A stretch of 64,000 nt of DNA from Elusimicrobiales bacterium (GCA_031082205.1 JAVHLJ010000004.1:8942-72941); one strand, 5' to 3'; shown: positions 28,401 to 37,144, counted from the first letter of the stretch. Notes: generated by a model from the sequence alone, not told the origin. Made by a program: numbers and translations.

Positions 28401-29642
28401 ATGAAAAAAATAAAGACGCTGCAGTGCATACACTGCGGCAAGGACCATAAGCTCTCCGAGACGGAGTACAACTGCACGGCCTGCGGCGGGAACCTCCAGG
28501 TCATCTACGACTACAACCTGATAAAGAAGCGCCTCAACTACGAGGTGCTGCAGGAGAACTGGGACCGCAGCATCTGGCGCTACGCCGAACTGCTGCCGCT
28601 GCCCAACCTGAAGCATGTCCCGCCGGTGCAGATAGGCTGGACGCCCCTCTACCGGGCGGAGAAGCTGGGCCAGACGATAAACGTCCCCAATCTCTTCGTG
28701 AAGGACGACGGGCGCAACCCCTCGGCCTCGTTCAAGGACAGGGCCAACGCCATCGTAGTGGCGAGGGCCATGGACCAGAAGGAGAAGGTCATAACGACGG
28801 CCTCCACGGGCAACGCCGCGTCGTCGCTGGCCTGCCTGACCGGCAACCTCGACATCTCCACCGTCATCTTCATGCCCGAGAACGCGCCGCCGGCCAAGAT
28901 AGCCCAGGTGCTGGTCTTCGGCGCGACGGTAATACTGGTCAAGGGCAATTACGACGACGCCTTCGACCTCTGCCTCAAGGCCAGCCGCGAGTACGGCTGG
29001 TACAACCGCAGCACCGGCTACAACCCCTTCACCCGCGAGGGCAAGAAGACCTGCGCCTTCGAGATCTGCGAGCAGATGAAGTGGGAGGTGCCGGACAAAG
29101 TGGTGGTGCCCGTCGGCGACGGCAACATCATCAGCGGCATCTGGAAAGGTTTCGTGGAGTTCCAGAACCTCGACATCATAGAGAAGCTGCCGCAGCTGGT
29201 GGCCGTGCAGGCCGAGGGCAGCGACGCCGTCAAGCGCGCCTGCGAGTCGGGCTCGGACATACAGGCCGTCAGCGGCAAGACTCTGGCCGACAGCATCTCG
29301 GTCTGCGTGCCGCGCGACGGGCAGGCCGCCGTCAGCGCCATAAAGGATTCCGGCGGCTTCGCGGTCTCGGTCACCGACGAAGAGATAATAGCCGCCATAC
29401 CGGAGCTGGCCCGCGGCTCCAACGTCTTCGCCGAGCCCGCCGGTGCCTCCTCCTGGGCCGGCCTCAAGAAGGCCGCGGCGCAGGGTCTGGTCAGGGAGAA
29501 CGAGAGCGTGGTCCTGCTGGTCACCGGCAGCGGCCTCAAGGACGTCGGCGCCGCCATGAAGTCGGTCGGCAAACCGCACGTGATAAAGCCCGACCTCGGC
29601 GAACTGAAGAAGCTCGTCGCCGGGCTGAAACTGCCCGCCTGA
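28401..29642 (+). CDS. Threonine synthase-like fold-type II PLP enzyme
   Basis: N-terminal CxxC/CxxC ribbon, NPSASFKDRA, ASTGNA, EGKKT, VPVGDGN, AEPA, TGSGLK. Confidence 0.85.
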   Translation: MKKIKTLQCIHCGKDHKLSETEYNCTACGGNLQVIYDYNLIKKRLNYEVLQENWDRSIWRYAELLPLPNLKHVPPVQIGWTPLYRAEKLGQTINVPNLFVKDDGRNPSASFKDRANAIVVARAMDQKEKVITTASTGNAASSLACLTGNLDISTVIFMPENAPPAKIAQVLVFGATVILVKGNYDDAFDLCLKASREYGWYNRSTGYNPFTREGKKTCAFEICEQMKWEVPDKVVVPVGDGNIISGIWKGFVEFQNLDIIEKLPQLVAVQAEGSDAVKRACESGSDIQAVSGKTLADSISVCVPRDGQAAVSAIKDSGGFAVSVTDEEIIAAIPELARGSNVFAEPAGASSWAGLKKAAAQGLVRENESVVLLVTGSGLKDVGAAMKSVGKPHVIKPDLGELKKLVAGLKLPA

Positions 29643-29659
29643 AGGCCGGCGCCCGAAGG

Positions 29660-29688
29660 AAAGGCCGCCCCGGCGGGGGCGGCCTTTT
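29660..29688. terminator. Bidirectional intrinsic terminator
   Basis: AAAGGCCGCCCC-GGCG-GGGGCGGCCTTTT between convergent genes. Confidence 0.85.
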
Positions 29689-31761
29689 CTAATTCTTCTT
29701 TTTTACGTATTTGAGGCGGCTTATCGAAGTGCCGGGGAAGTAGAAATCCAGGATCTCCCTGTAGAGTTTCCCGTGCCTGCCGGCCATGCCGGCGGCGCCG
29801 GACTGGCACAGCCCTATGCCGTGCCCCCAGCCGCCGCCGTAAAGCCAGTAATTGCGGACCCTGCCGTCGGGGAACCTGTTGGTCTCCATCGAGAAAAGCG
29901 TGCTCTTGAGGGAGCCGAAGCCCAGGATATTGCGTATCAGGTGCTCGCGGTCTATGTCCACGGTCTTCCTGGAGCCTACGAACCGTATGGAGTTTACGTT
30001 GCCGGCCGCCGCCCGGCGCAGCGGTATCGCTTCCTTGAGCGAGCCTATGCCGTAGCTCCGGTTGACCCTGAACTCTATGTCCTTGTGCTTGAGTATGCGC
30101 AGCCACCTGTATTCCGAAGAACGCACGGCTTCGGGGTAATTGCAGTTGGCCGGCGGCTCGCCTGTTATCCAGAGATGGAAATCCCACGGGCCCCGCGCGG
30201 CCGACGCGGCGGCCGGCGTCATGTCGGGCCGGCCCTGCAGGTAGGCCAGCTTGCCCCAGCCCGTGACCTCGCCCGAGGACTGGGTGTGCCCGCCGCAGTT
30301 GGAATGGTAGAAGGTCCAGGCCGGCTTGCCCTTGTAGGTCAGTATCTCCGACTCCGTCTCCAGCACGGCCTTGTTGGTAGAATTCGCCTCGTGGCCGACG
30401 CCGCGGTAGACCTGGCAGTGCTGGCTGTCGCAGATATGGTAGCCGTCGGCCTTGTGCGGGCCGCTGCGCGAGCGCAGCACGGCCTGGGTGCGCGCGATGA
30501 CGGCCTGCGCCTTGAGCGACTCGTAGGCCCACTGCGGCGAGACTTCCGCCGGCACCACTCCCAGCAGGTAGAGTTCCATGTCGATATGGTTGCGCACGCC
30601 TATGCCGCGGCCCGGCATGGGGTAGAGTTCCAGCGCCCCGCGGTACTGCCTGTCGGAATGGCGGAAGTAGGGGTTCCTGGACGTCTTTACCGCCTCTATT
30701 ATCACCGAGCCTGACTTCGGGTCCGTAGATTCCAGCGTTATCGGGCCCTGGAAGCGCCCGTACACGGTGCCAGCGGCGTTCTTCACCACTATCCTGTCCT
30801 GCTCGAAGAGCGCCGTCCAGCTCTCTCCCGCCGGCACGGCCGCGTAGAGCTTCCCGCTGGCCCTGCCCTTTATGGTGAAGCCCTCGAAGGAGCGCAGCCG
30901 CAGGATATTGTTCCGGGCCTGCTTGCCGGTATTGTCGGTGCCGACGCCCACCTTCAGCTTCACGGATTTCTCCAGCGCCTGCACCGCGTCCACGAAACCC
31001 ACGCGCGTCGGGCTGGTTATGCGGAAGGGCGGCCTTATGTCCTCGGGCTGCTTCGTCAGCTTGCCTTCCAGGACCTTGATGTTCTCGGCGGCTATCGGGT
31101 GGCCCGGCGCGTAGTCCAGCACCCTGTAGTACTGGTTCCAGGCCTCGTCGAACTTCCTCTGGCGGGCGTATATGCCGGCCAGAGGAAGCCGGGCTTCGAC
31201 GAAAGACGGGTCCTGCCGCAGGACATCTATGAGTTTCTCTTCGGCTTCCCTGTACATCTGGAAATTGACATAGTTCCAGGCGATGATATAATCGACGCCC
31301 GAGAAGTCCGGCCTCAGTTCCTTGTACCGGGCCAGCAGGCGCATGGTGCCGGCCCTGTCGCCGAGATGAGCCAGTACGCTGGCCCTGCCCAGTACCGCGC
31401 GCGCGTGGCCGCGGTCCAGCGCCAGGGCCTTCTCGAAGAAGGAGTCCGCTCTCGCGTAGGAAGCTTCGTGGAAATAGAGCCAGCCGGTCTCGCAGAGTAT
31501 GTCGGGATTCCCCGGCTCCTTAAGGGAGGCCTTCTCCAGCAGTTCCGCGGCGCGCAGGCCCTTGCCCAGCTGCCGGAACACCATGGCGGCGTCCAGGAGC
31601 GGCTTCACTGAAGAGGGGTCGGCGAGGAAGGCGTCCTGGTAGGCCCGGGCCGAGTCCGTCAGCCTGCCCTCGAGGTATAGGCGGTAGCCGTCGGCCGACG
31701 CGGCGGCCGGGCCGGCCGCCGCCAGCGAGAGGAACAGCGCGAGCGGAATGTTCTTAGCCAT
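29689..31761 (-). CDS. TPR-containing SpoIID/LytB family peptidoglycan lytic protein
   Basis: Signal peptide and TPR helices; YLLGVVPAEV, LKAQAVIART, CDSQHCQVY, YHSNCGG, GGGWGHGIGLCQSGA. Confidence 0.9.
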   Translation of the reverse strand: MAKNIPLALFLSLAAAGPAAASADGYRLYLEGRLTDSARAYQDAFLADPSSVKPLLDAAMVFRQLGKGLRAAELLEKASLKEPGNPDILCETGWLYFHEASYARADSFFEKALALDRGHARAVLGRASVLAHLGDRAGTMRLLARYKELRPDFSGVDYIIAWNYVNFQMYREAEEKLIDVLRQDPSFVEARLPLAGIYARQRKFDEAWNQYYRVLDYAPGHPIAAENIKVLEGKLTKQPEDIRPPFRITSPTRVGFVDAVQALEKSVKLKVGVGTDNTGKQARNNILRLRSFEGFTIKGRASGKLYAAVPAGESWTALFEQDRIVVKNAAGTVYGRFQGPITLESTDPKSGSVIIEAVKTSRNPYFRHSDRQYRGALELYPMPGRGIGVRNHIDMELYLLGVVPAEVSPQWAYESLKAQAVIARTQAVLRSRSGPHKADGYHICDSQHCQVYRGVGHEANSTNKAVLETESEILTYKGKPAWTFYHSNCGGHTQSSGEVTGWGKLAYLQGRPDMTPAAASAARGPWDFHLWITGEPPANCNYPEAVRSSEYRWLRILKHKDIEFRVNRSYGIGSLKEAIPLRRAAAGNVNSIRFVGSRKTVDIDREHLIRNILGFGSLKSTLFSMETNRFPDGRVRNYWLYGGGWGHGIGLCQSGAAGMAGRHGKLYREILDFYFPGTSISRLKYVKKKN

Positions 31762-31867
31762 CTAAATCTTATAATATCTTATGAAATTACCGGGGGCCAG
31801 CGAAAAATCCCCCGCGTCACGCAATAAAACATGACCCCCGCGCGTTACACTTATGAGAGGAGGCCCG

Positions 31868-32431
31868 ATGCTGGAAGACGCTGAACTGGTCCGGGCCTTC
31901 AATGGCGGCGACGAGGCCGCGCTGGGAGAACTGATAGCGAGGCACAGGGACAGGCTTTACGCCTACCTGCGCCGGCTGGCGGGGGACGATGCGGGAGCCG
32001 AGGATATGTTCCAGGACACTTGGATAAAGGTCGCGCGAAACATGGGCGCCTACAGGGAGGAGAACAGGTTCTCCGCCTGGCTCTTTTCGGTGGCGCGCAA
32101 CACCGCGATGGACGCGCTCAGGCGCCGCCGGCCGGAGAGCGTTTCGCTGGACGCCGCCGTGGCGGAGGACGGCAGACCGCTGGCCGAGACCATAGGTTCG
32201 GCCGAGCCGGGCCCCGAGGCGTCCTACGCGGCCGCCGAATCCCGCCGGGCCATAGACGCGGCCCTGGCGGAGCTTTCCCCGGAGCAGCGCGAAGTATTCC
32301 TGCTGAGGCATTACTCGGGAATGTCGTTCAAGGAGATAGCCGACGCCCTCGGCGTGCCGATAGGGACCGTGCTGGCCCGGGCCTCCAGGGCCGCGGCCAA
32401 ACTCAGGGACAAGCTGGCGGGGGAAATATGA
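31868..32431 (+). CDS. ECF RNA polymerase sigma factor (sigma-70 family)
   Basis: GAGGAGG RBS; DAELV, AEDMFQDTW, FSAWLFSVARN, region 4 SFKEIA..LGVPIGTV. Confidence 0.9.
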   Translation: MLEDAELVRAFNGGDEAALGELIARHRDRLYAYLRRLAGDDAGAEDMFQDTWIKVARNMGAYREENRFSAWLFSVARNTAMDALRRRRPESVSLDAAVAEDGRPLAETIGSAEPGPEASYAAAESRRAIDAALAELSPEQREVFLLRHYSGMSFKEIADALGVPIGTVLARASRAAAKLRDKLAGEI

Positions 32432-32901
32432 GCTGCGAGAAAGAAGGTAAAACGCTTTTGCTCCATTACGGCGAACTGCCCGCGGCGGAAGCCTCCGCCG
32501 CGCGCGCGCACGCGGCGGTCTGCCCGGACTGCCGCCGGCTGCTGGAAGGGCTCGGCAGGGCCGAAGCCATGCTGTCCGCTTCCGACGCCCCCGCGCCCGC
32601 CGGCCTCGCCGCGGCGGCGCTCGAGCGCGCCCTGGCCGGGAGCCAGGGGCTGTTGTCCTGGCTTTTCACTGACTGGCGCCGCGCCGCGGCTGCGGCCGCC
32701 GGCGTCATGCTTATGTTCGCCGTCTTCCGCGGCGCCGCCCCTGAGCCGGCGCAGCAGGTGGCCTCGCTGGAGATCATCGAGGAGAGCCTGGATAACCTGG
32801 AATATTCCATCTACCAGGCCCGGGTGGACTTCTCCACCCGGGAGATACAGGATTTCGACTATAAGTACGCGGATATGGAGTCGAGAAAAGAAAGCGTCTA
32901 G
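32428..32901 (+). CDS. Zinc-finger (HxxxCxxC) transmembrane anti-sigma factor
   Basis: ATGA overlap; MSC...LLHYGEL...HAAVCPDC followed by one TM helix. Confidence 0.8.
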   Translation: MSCEKEGKTLLLHYGELPAAEASAARAHAAVCPDCRRLLEGLGRAEAMLSASDAPAPAGLAAAALERALAGSQGLLSWLFTDWRRAAAAAAGVMLMFAVFRGAAPEPAQQVASLEIIEESLDNLEYSIYQARVDFSTREIQDFDYKYADMESRKESV

Positions 32902-32916
32902 TATAACGGAGGGGTT

Positions 32917-33648
32917 ATGAAGAGGCTGTTCGCGGTGTTCTTCGGTTCGCTGTTCGTTTTCGCGGCGTCGCTGCCTTACGCGGCGGCGCAGGGCGAGGGC
33001 ATGGACGAGGAGATAGAGATAGAAGAGGCGTTCGAGGGCGGCCCCGGCATGGGCCCGGGCGGCAGGCAGGGCGGCGGCCCCGGCATGCGGGGGCCCATGG
33101 GCGGCCCCGGGATGGGCGGCCCGCAGCAGCGGCAGATGAACGTCAAGGTGCGCAAGGTTATGCGCCAGGGCGAGGGAGGCCCCGGCTGGCAGGACGACGG
33201 GGGCGCCGAGGAGAAGGGCCTGGAGCTCATCAAGAAGCACGACCCTGCCTTCCACGGCAAGCTGCTCAAGCTGCGCGAATCGGCCCCGGCCAAGTATAAA
33301 ATGGCCATGCGCATGGCCGGCAAGACGCTGATCATGGCGAAGATGGACCAGGACCCGGTCCTGGAGAAGAATACCGTCCGCATGCTGGCGCTGGAATACG
33401 AGACCCGCGAGCTCGGGCTGGCCTACGAGAAGGCCAAGGACTCCGAGAAAGCGAAGATAAAGGCCGACCTCAAGAAAGGCCTCTCCGAGCTTTTCGACCT
33501 GCGCCTCGGCAACCAGGAGGTGCGCGTCAAGCGCATGGAGAAGGACCTGGCCCGCCTCAAGGCCCAGATAGATAAGCGCAAGGCCTCCAAGGCCAAGCTC
33601 GTAGAGGCGCGCCTGGAGCAGATGACCGGCGAAGCCGAGACCTGGTAA
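32917..33648 (+). CDS. Periplasmic Spy/CpxP/heavy-metal-sensor-like helical protein
   Basis: Signal peptide, Gly/Pro/Met-rich linker, coiled-coil C-half; third gene of the ECF operon. Confidence 0.6.
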   Translation: MKRLFAVFFGSLFVFAASLPYAAAQGEGMDEEIEIEEAFEGGPGMGPGGRQGGGPGMRGPMGGPGMGGPQQRQMNVKVRKVMRQGEGGPGWQDDGGAEEKGLELIKKHDPAFHGKLLKLRESAPAKYKMAMRMAGKTLIMAKMDQDPVLEKNTVRMLALEYETRELGLAYEKAKDSEKAKIKADLKKGLSELFDLRLGNQEVRVKRMEKDLARLKAQIDKRKASKAKLVEARLEQMTGEAETW

Positions 33649-33667
33649 GCCGGTCCTCAAGGACGAT

Positions 33668-33703
33668 AAAAAAACCCCCGCGGGGATACCGCGGGGGTTT
33701 TTT
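33668..33703. terminator. Bidirectional intrinsic terminator
   Basis: A7-CCCCCGCGG-GGATA-CCGCGGGGG-T6. Confidence 0.9.
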
Positions 33704-33720
33704 ATTGATGCCGACGCGGT

Positions 33721-33802
33721 TTACTTTACCAGCTTGGCCGCGTCGACCATGCCGGCGCCCTGGTGGACGGGCTGAACGGCCGGGAGCTGCGTGGCCGCGC
33801 CC
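33721..33802 (-). pseudogene. Orphan original 3' end of the S8 peptidase gene (GAATQLPAVQPVHQGAGMVDAAKLVK*)
   Basis: In-frame copy of the S8 C-terminus with its own TAA, followed 17 nt later by the terminator. Confidence 0.85.
33731..33802. repeat. 72-bp perfect direct repeat, copy 1
   Basis: Identical by eye to 34883..34954. Confidence 0.95.
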
Positions 33803-33885
33803 AGGAGCCTGTCCGACATAAGCAATTTCAGCTGCAATTGCCGCTTTTGGCCTGCGCCCTTGCGCCGCTCGACTCGCAGGCTCCT
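33803..33885. mobile_element. 83-bp MITE/IS-end-like element with 9-bp terminal inverted repeats
   Basis: AGGAGCCTG ... CAGGCTCCT; the right end lies in CTAG; no transposase. Confidence 0.45.
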
Positions 33886-34597
33886 AGGACCATAGATGTT
33901 TAATGGTGGTCGAAATGTTCATAAGGGAGTGCAGCAATATGGTGAGGCGGATGTCCGATTTCGCCTCGTAGATCGCCGTGATGTAGCACGAAAATAGAAA
34001 TACGATCCAACCGCTCTCTTGATGAAGCGCCGAGAACAGGATCGAAACAAAGAGAACGGCCGGAACGGGGCTCAGAACGCTTCTCATTCGTGTATATATA
34101 AAGCGGCGGAACAAGAGCTCCTCTCCTACTGGGGCGAATATGCACGCGGATATCAGAAAGAGCGCGGATAATATCGGGGCGGCGGAGGGATCTGCCGCGA
34201 GGATGCCGCCGGAGGCGTCCCCCGATATGGCGACCCTAATCGCCGCAGGCGTTAATGAATCCGGCAGTTTTTCGGCAAGGAAGAGCAGTAATGACGCTCC
34301 ACCATAGTAGAGGGCGAAAAGCTTTGCCGACGCGAACAAGGCGGAAAAGAACCTCGTTTTCCAGTGGGAAAGCGTGAATTCCGGTTCCAGTCTTTTAAAG
34401 TATCTGTAAGCGAGGCCGGCCGCCACGATGCTTTGCGCTGAGAGGTAGAAGAGGGTCGATTCTTCGCGGCTCAATTGAGATCCAAGGTGCCGCATGATCA
34501 TGAATCCGCATGCGAAAATAAGAGCGGAAACGAAGATTATTTGCGCGACAAGAATCAATACGTCTGCCAGCGGGGGCGGGGCGGGTTTGTTTGTCAT
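33884..34597 (-). CDS. CPBP (CAAX protease / Abi) family intramembrane metalloprotease
   Basis: GEELLFR, FSALH and LHSLMN motifs; multiple TM helices; AT-richer than the flanks. Confidence 0.85.
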   Translation of the reverse strand: MTNKPAPPPLADVLILVAQIIFVSALIFACGFMIMRHLGSQLSREESTLFYLSAQSIVAAGLAYRYFKRLEPEFTLSHWKTRFFSALFASAKLFALYYGGASLLLFLAEKLPDSLTPAAIRVAISGDASGGILAADPSAAPILSALFLISACIFAPVGEELLFRRFIYTRMRSVLSPVPAVLFVSILFSALHQESGWIVFLFSCYITAIYEAKSDIRLTILLHSLMNISTTIKHLWS

Positions 34598-34612
34598 GCC
34601 GGGTGTCGGGCC

Positions 34613-34653
34613 AAAAGAAAAAGGGGAGGAGATTCTCCTCCCCTTTTTCTTTT
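34613..34653. terminator. Perfect 19-bp inverted repeat / terminator after the S8 gene
   Basis: AAAAGAAAAAGGGGAGGAG-ATT-CTCCTCCCCTTTTTCTTTT. Confidence 0.8.
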
Positions 34654-34662
34654 GATATCAGG

Positions 34663-36075
34663 CTACTGCGCCCGCTGGATGTTGTGCAGGATTTCGGTCT
34701 GACTGTAAGGGTGCGGTTGCGGTGAGCTGGGCTGTTGCTGCGGCGCTTCGCCGTTGCCGCTCGGCCGCGGGATATTTATATCCGGGCAGCCGGTGGTGAC
34801 ACAGGCGTATACATAGTTTGCCACTACTCCGCCGGCCACGGTCCAAGCGAACGCCCCCGGGTTTTTGGCCGCCGCCGGGATGAGCTTGGCCGCGTCGACC
34901 ATGCCGGCGCCCTGGTGGACGGGCTGAACGGCCGGGAGCTGCGTGGCCGCGCCCTTGAGCGCCTCGCGCACGGCTTCCGCGCCGGTATTGCCGGCTTCCA
35001 CCGCCAGCGCCGCCAGGCCCGCCGCGTGGGGGCTGGCCATCGAGGTGCCGGACATGCTGGTGTAGCCGCCGCCGCGCCTGGTCGAGTAGACGCTCACGCC
35101 GGGGGCGATGACCGCTATCTCGGGGCCGCGGGAGGAGAAGGAGGCTATGCTGTCGTTGGAGGCGCTGGCCGAGACGGCTATGGCCTCCGGGTAGCGGGCC
35201 GGGAAGTTGACCGCGCCCGAGTCGTTGCCCGCGGCGCAGACTATGGCGATGCCGGCCTTGTGGGCGACCTTCATGACCTCGGCGAGAGCGGCGGTGCCGC
35301 TGCGGCCGCCCAGGCTCATGTTGATGACCTGCATCTTGTTCTCCACGGCCCACTCGATGCCGGCGACGATCCAGGAATACTGGCCGGAGCCGTTCTTGTC
35401 GAGGACCTTGACGCCGTAGAGCTCGGCGCGGGGGGCCACGCCGGCCACGCCCTTGCCGTCGCGCACCGCGCCGACCGTGCCGGCCACGTGCGTGCCGTGG
35501 CCCTGGTCGTCCATCGGGTCGCTGGTCTGGGTGACCGCGTTCCAGCCGCCCTTGTAGTTGGGGGCCAGGTCGGGGTGGGTGTAGTCTATGCCGGTGTCTA
35601 TCACGGCGACTTTGACGCCGGCGCCGGTGACGTAGGGCCAGGCGCCGGCGGCGTTAACGCGCTTTACGCCCCAGGGCAGCTCGGCGTCCTCCTGCCTGGT
35701 GAAGGAGAGGACCGGCTCGGCGGCCGGGGTCTCGAGTTCGCCCGCGGAGGCCAGAACGGACTCCAGGGTCGGCAGGGGGGAGGCCTGCAGCGAGGCTTCG
35801 TTGAGCCAGGGCAGGTAGAGGTCGTCCTCGACGTTGGTCACGCCCTTGAGCGACCAGATCTTGAAATCCTTGACGTCCTCGGGGAAGACGGCCGCGACGG
35901 CGCCTATGAGCTTGAGCTCGCGCTCCACGGTGCCGCCGAGGCTGTTTATCTGGACGAACTTCTCCGACGACTTCATGTGCCTGTCGAACGTCACTATCTT
36001 GTTTCCGCCGGCGAAAGCCGATGCCGCGAAGGACAGGGCCAGTACCAGCGCTAACGCTATTTTAAGACGCTTCAT
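34663..36075 (-). CDS. Secreted S8 subtilisin-like serine protease with I9 propeptide and an acquired 72-aa C-terminal tail
   Basis: Signal peptide; VAVIDTG (Asp), GHGTHVAG (His), AAGN, GTSMASPH (Ser). Confidence 0.95.
   Translation of the reverse strand: MKRLKIALALVLALSFAASAFAGGNKIVTFDRHMKSSEKFVQINSLGGTVERELKLIGAVAAVFPEDVKDFKIWSLKGVTNVEDDLYLPWLNEASLQASPLPTLESVLASAGELETPAAEPVLSFTRQEDAELPWGVKRVNAAGAWPYVTGAGVKVAVIDTGIDYTHPDLAPNYKGGWNAVTQTSDPMDDQGHGTHVAGTVGAVRDGKGVAGVAPRAELYGVKVLDKNGSGQYSWIVAGIEWAVENKMQVINMSLGGRSGTAALAEVMKVAHKAGIAIVCAAGNDSGAVNFPARYPEAIAVSASASNDSIASFSSRGPEIAVIAPGVSVYSTRRGGGYTSMSGTSMASPHAAGLAALAVEAGNTGAEAVREALKGAATQLPAVQPVHQGAGMVDAAKLIPAAAKNPGAFAWTVAGGVVANYVYACVTTGCPDINIPRPSGNGEAPQQQPSSPQPHPYSQTEILHNIQRAQ
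34883..34954. repeat. 72-bp perfect direct repeat, copy 2 (inside the S8 gene)
   Basis: Identical by eye to 33731..33802; offset 1152 bp. Confidence 0.95.
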
Positions 36076-36127
36076 GAGGGACCTCCGTTCGGGCCGGCCG
36101 CGGGGCCTGCCCTTTGTACCTAAGGCA

Positions 36128-36157
36128 TTTATAGGACTTTTGGTTGACAGGTGTCAA
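36128..36157 (-). promoter_or_regulatory. Putative sigma70 promoter of the S8 gene with a palindrome over the -35 box
   Basis: Minus strand TTGACA-N18-TATAAA; plus strand TTGACA-GG-TGTCAA palindrome. Confidence 0.45.
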
Positions 36158-36200
36158 GCGCCGGCTTGACCGGGGGCAAGGGAGCGGGGCGGCCGCGGTA

Positions 36201-37091
36201 TCAGCGGCTTCCTTTGACCAGGCTGGTGTCGAATTTATAGACGATGCCGCTGACTTCGGGGTTGGACATGAGCGTGGACATCAGCATCGGGTCCTGCATC
36301 GCCATGCTTATGAGGTCCGGGTTCGAATTGACCAGGTCGGCCACCGCCGCCGGGTCCTTCATCAGCTGCCTGCCGGCCGGGGTGTCGAGCAGCGCGGCGA
36401 CCATGCCGCTGGAGGCGACGGCGCTGACCACGGCGGGGTTGTTCAGGGCGGCTTTAACCACCGGGTTGTTGACGAAATTGGCGGGGCCGGGGCCTTTCAG
36501 GTACTCTTTGAGCGCCTCGGGGCTGGAGGTGGCCTGTTTTACCGTGGAGCGGGCCATGAAGCCTTCCACCACGTACTTGTTGTTGAGAAGCGCTTTGACC
36601 GCGGCCGGGCTCTTCATCGCGGCCCCGACGGCCTTGGTCAGGTAGCCGGTCTGATGGCCCACGGACATCTGCTCCCGCTTCCTTATATCGTCCATGTCCG
36701 GGCGCTGCACGCCCGCCGCGGCGGCTTTGGCCGCCGACATTCCGGAAGAGCCCTTGCCGGCCCCGCCGGAGCCTTCCGGCGCCGCCGTCCCCCGGCCCCC
36801 GGTTCCCCCGGACTCTCCGCCTGCGCGCACCAGGGGCTTTTCCGGGGCTTCCCCGCCGGTGCGGTAGCGCACGCGCAGCACGCCGTCCACGAATTCGGGT
36901 TCGGTAAGCTCGCCCCAGTTCTTTATCTCTCCCTCCGACGAGGCGAAGGCGCCGTAGTCCTCCTGGGACATCTCCAGGTCCCCCGCCTTCATCTGCATGC
37001 TCCACCTGGCCAGCGGCCAGAGCAGCAGCAGGTATACCGGGGTGAGGTAGATCCAGATGCGCCAGCCGGACTTTTTTTCCTGGTTCTCCAT
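36201..37091 (-). CDS. Hypothetical single-pass membrane protein
   Basis: Start moved to ATG 37091 (MENQEKK); N-terminal TM helix, low-complexity linker, helical C-half. Confidence 0.7.
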   Translation of the reverse strand: MENQEKKSGWRIWIYLTPVYLLLLWPLARWSMQMKAGDLEMSQEDYGAFASSEGEIKNWGELTEPEFVDGVLRVRYRTGGEAPEKPLVRAGGESGGTGGRGTAAPEGSGGAGKGSSGMSAAKAAAAGVQRPDMDDIRKREQMSVGHQTGYLTKAVGAAMKSPAAVKALLNNKYVVEGFMARSTVKQATSSPEALKEYLKGPGPANFVNNPVVKAALNNPAVVSAVASSGMVAALLDTPAGRQLMKDPAAVADLVNSNPDLISMAMQDPMLMSTLMSNPEVSGIVYKFDTSLVKGSR

Positions 37092-37144
37092 AAGGGTAAA
37101 TATGATATAACACCAATTGAGGCGCGCTGTCAATACGCGGAGAT

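Noticed and set aside
31762-31852. Autoregulatory ECF promoter between spoIID and the sigma gene
   Set aside because: Short repeats (ATCTTAT x2, CCCCCGCG x2) are present, but no -35/-10 pair at ECF spacing that I could support.
33731-34954. Prophage or integrative element
   Set aside because: Only 1152 bp with no integrase or phage genes; reported instead as a repeat-bounded cassette.
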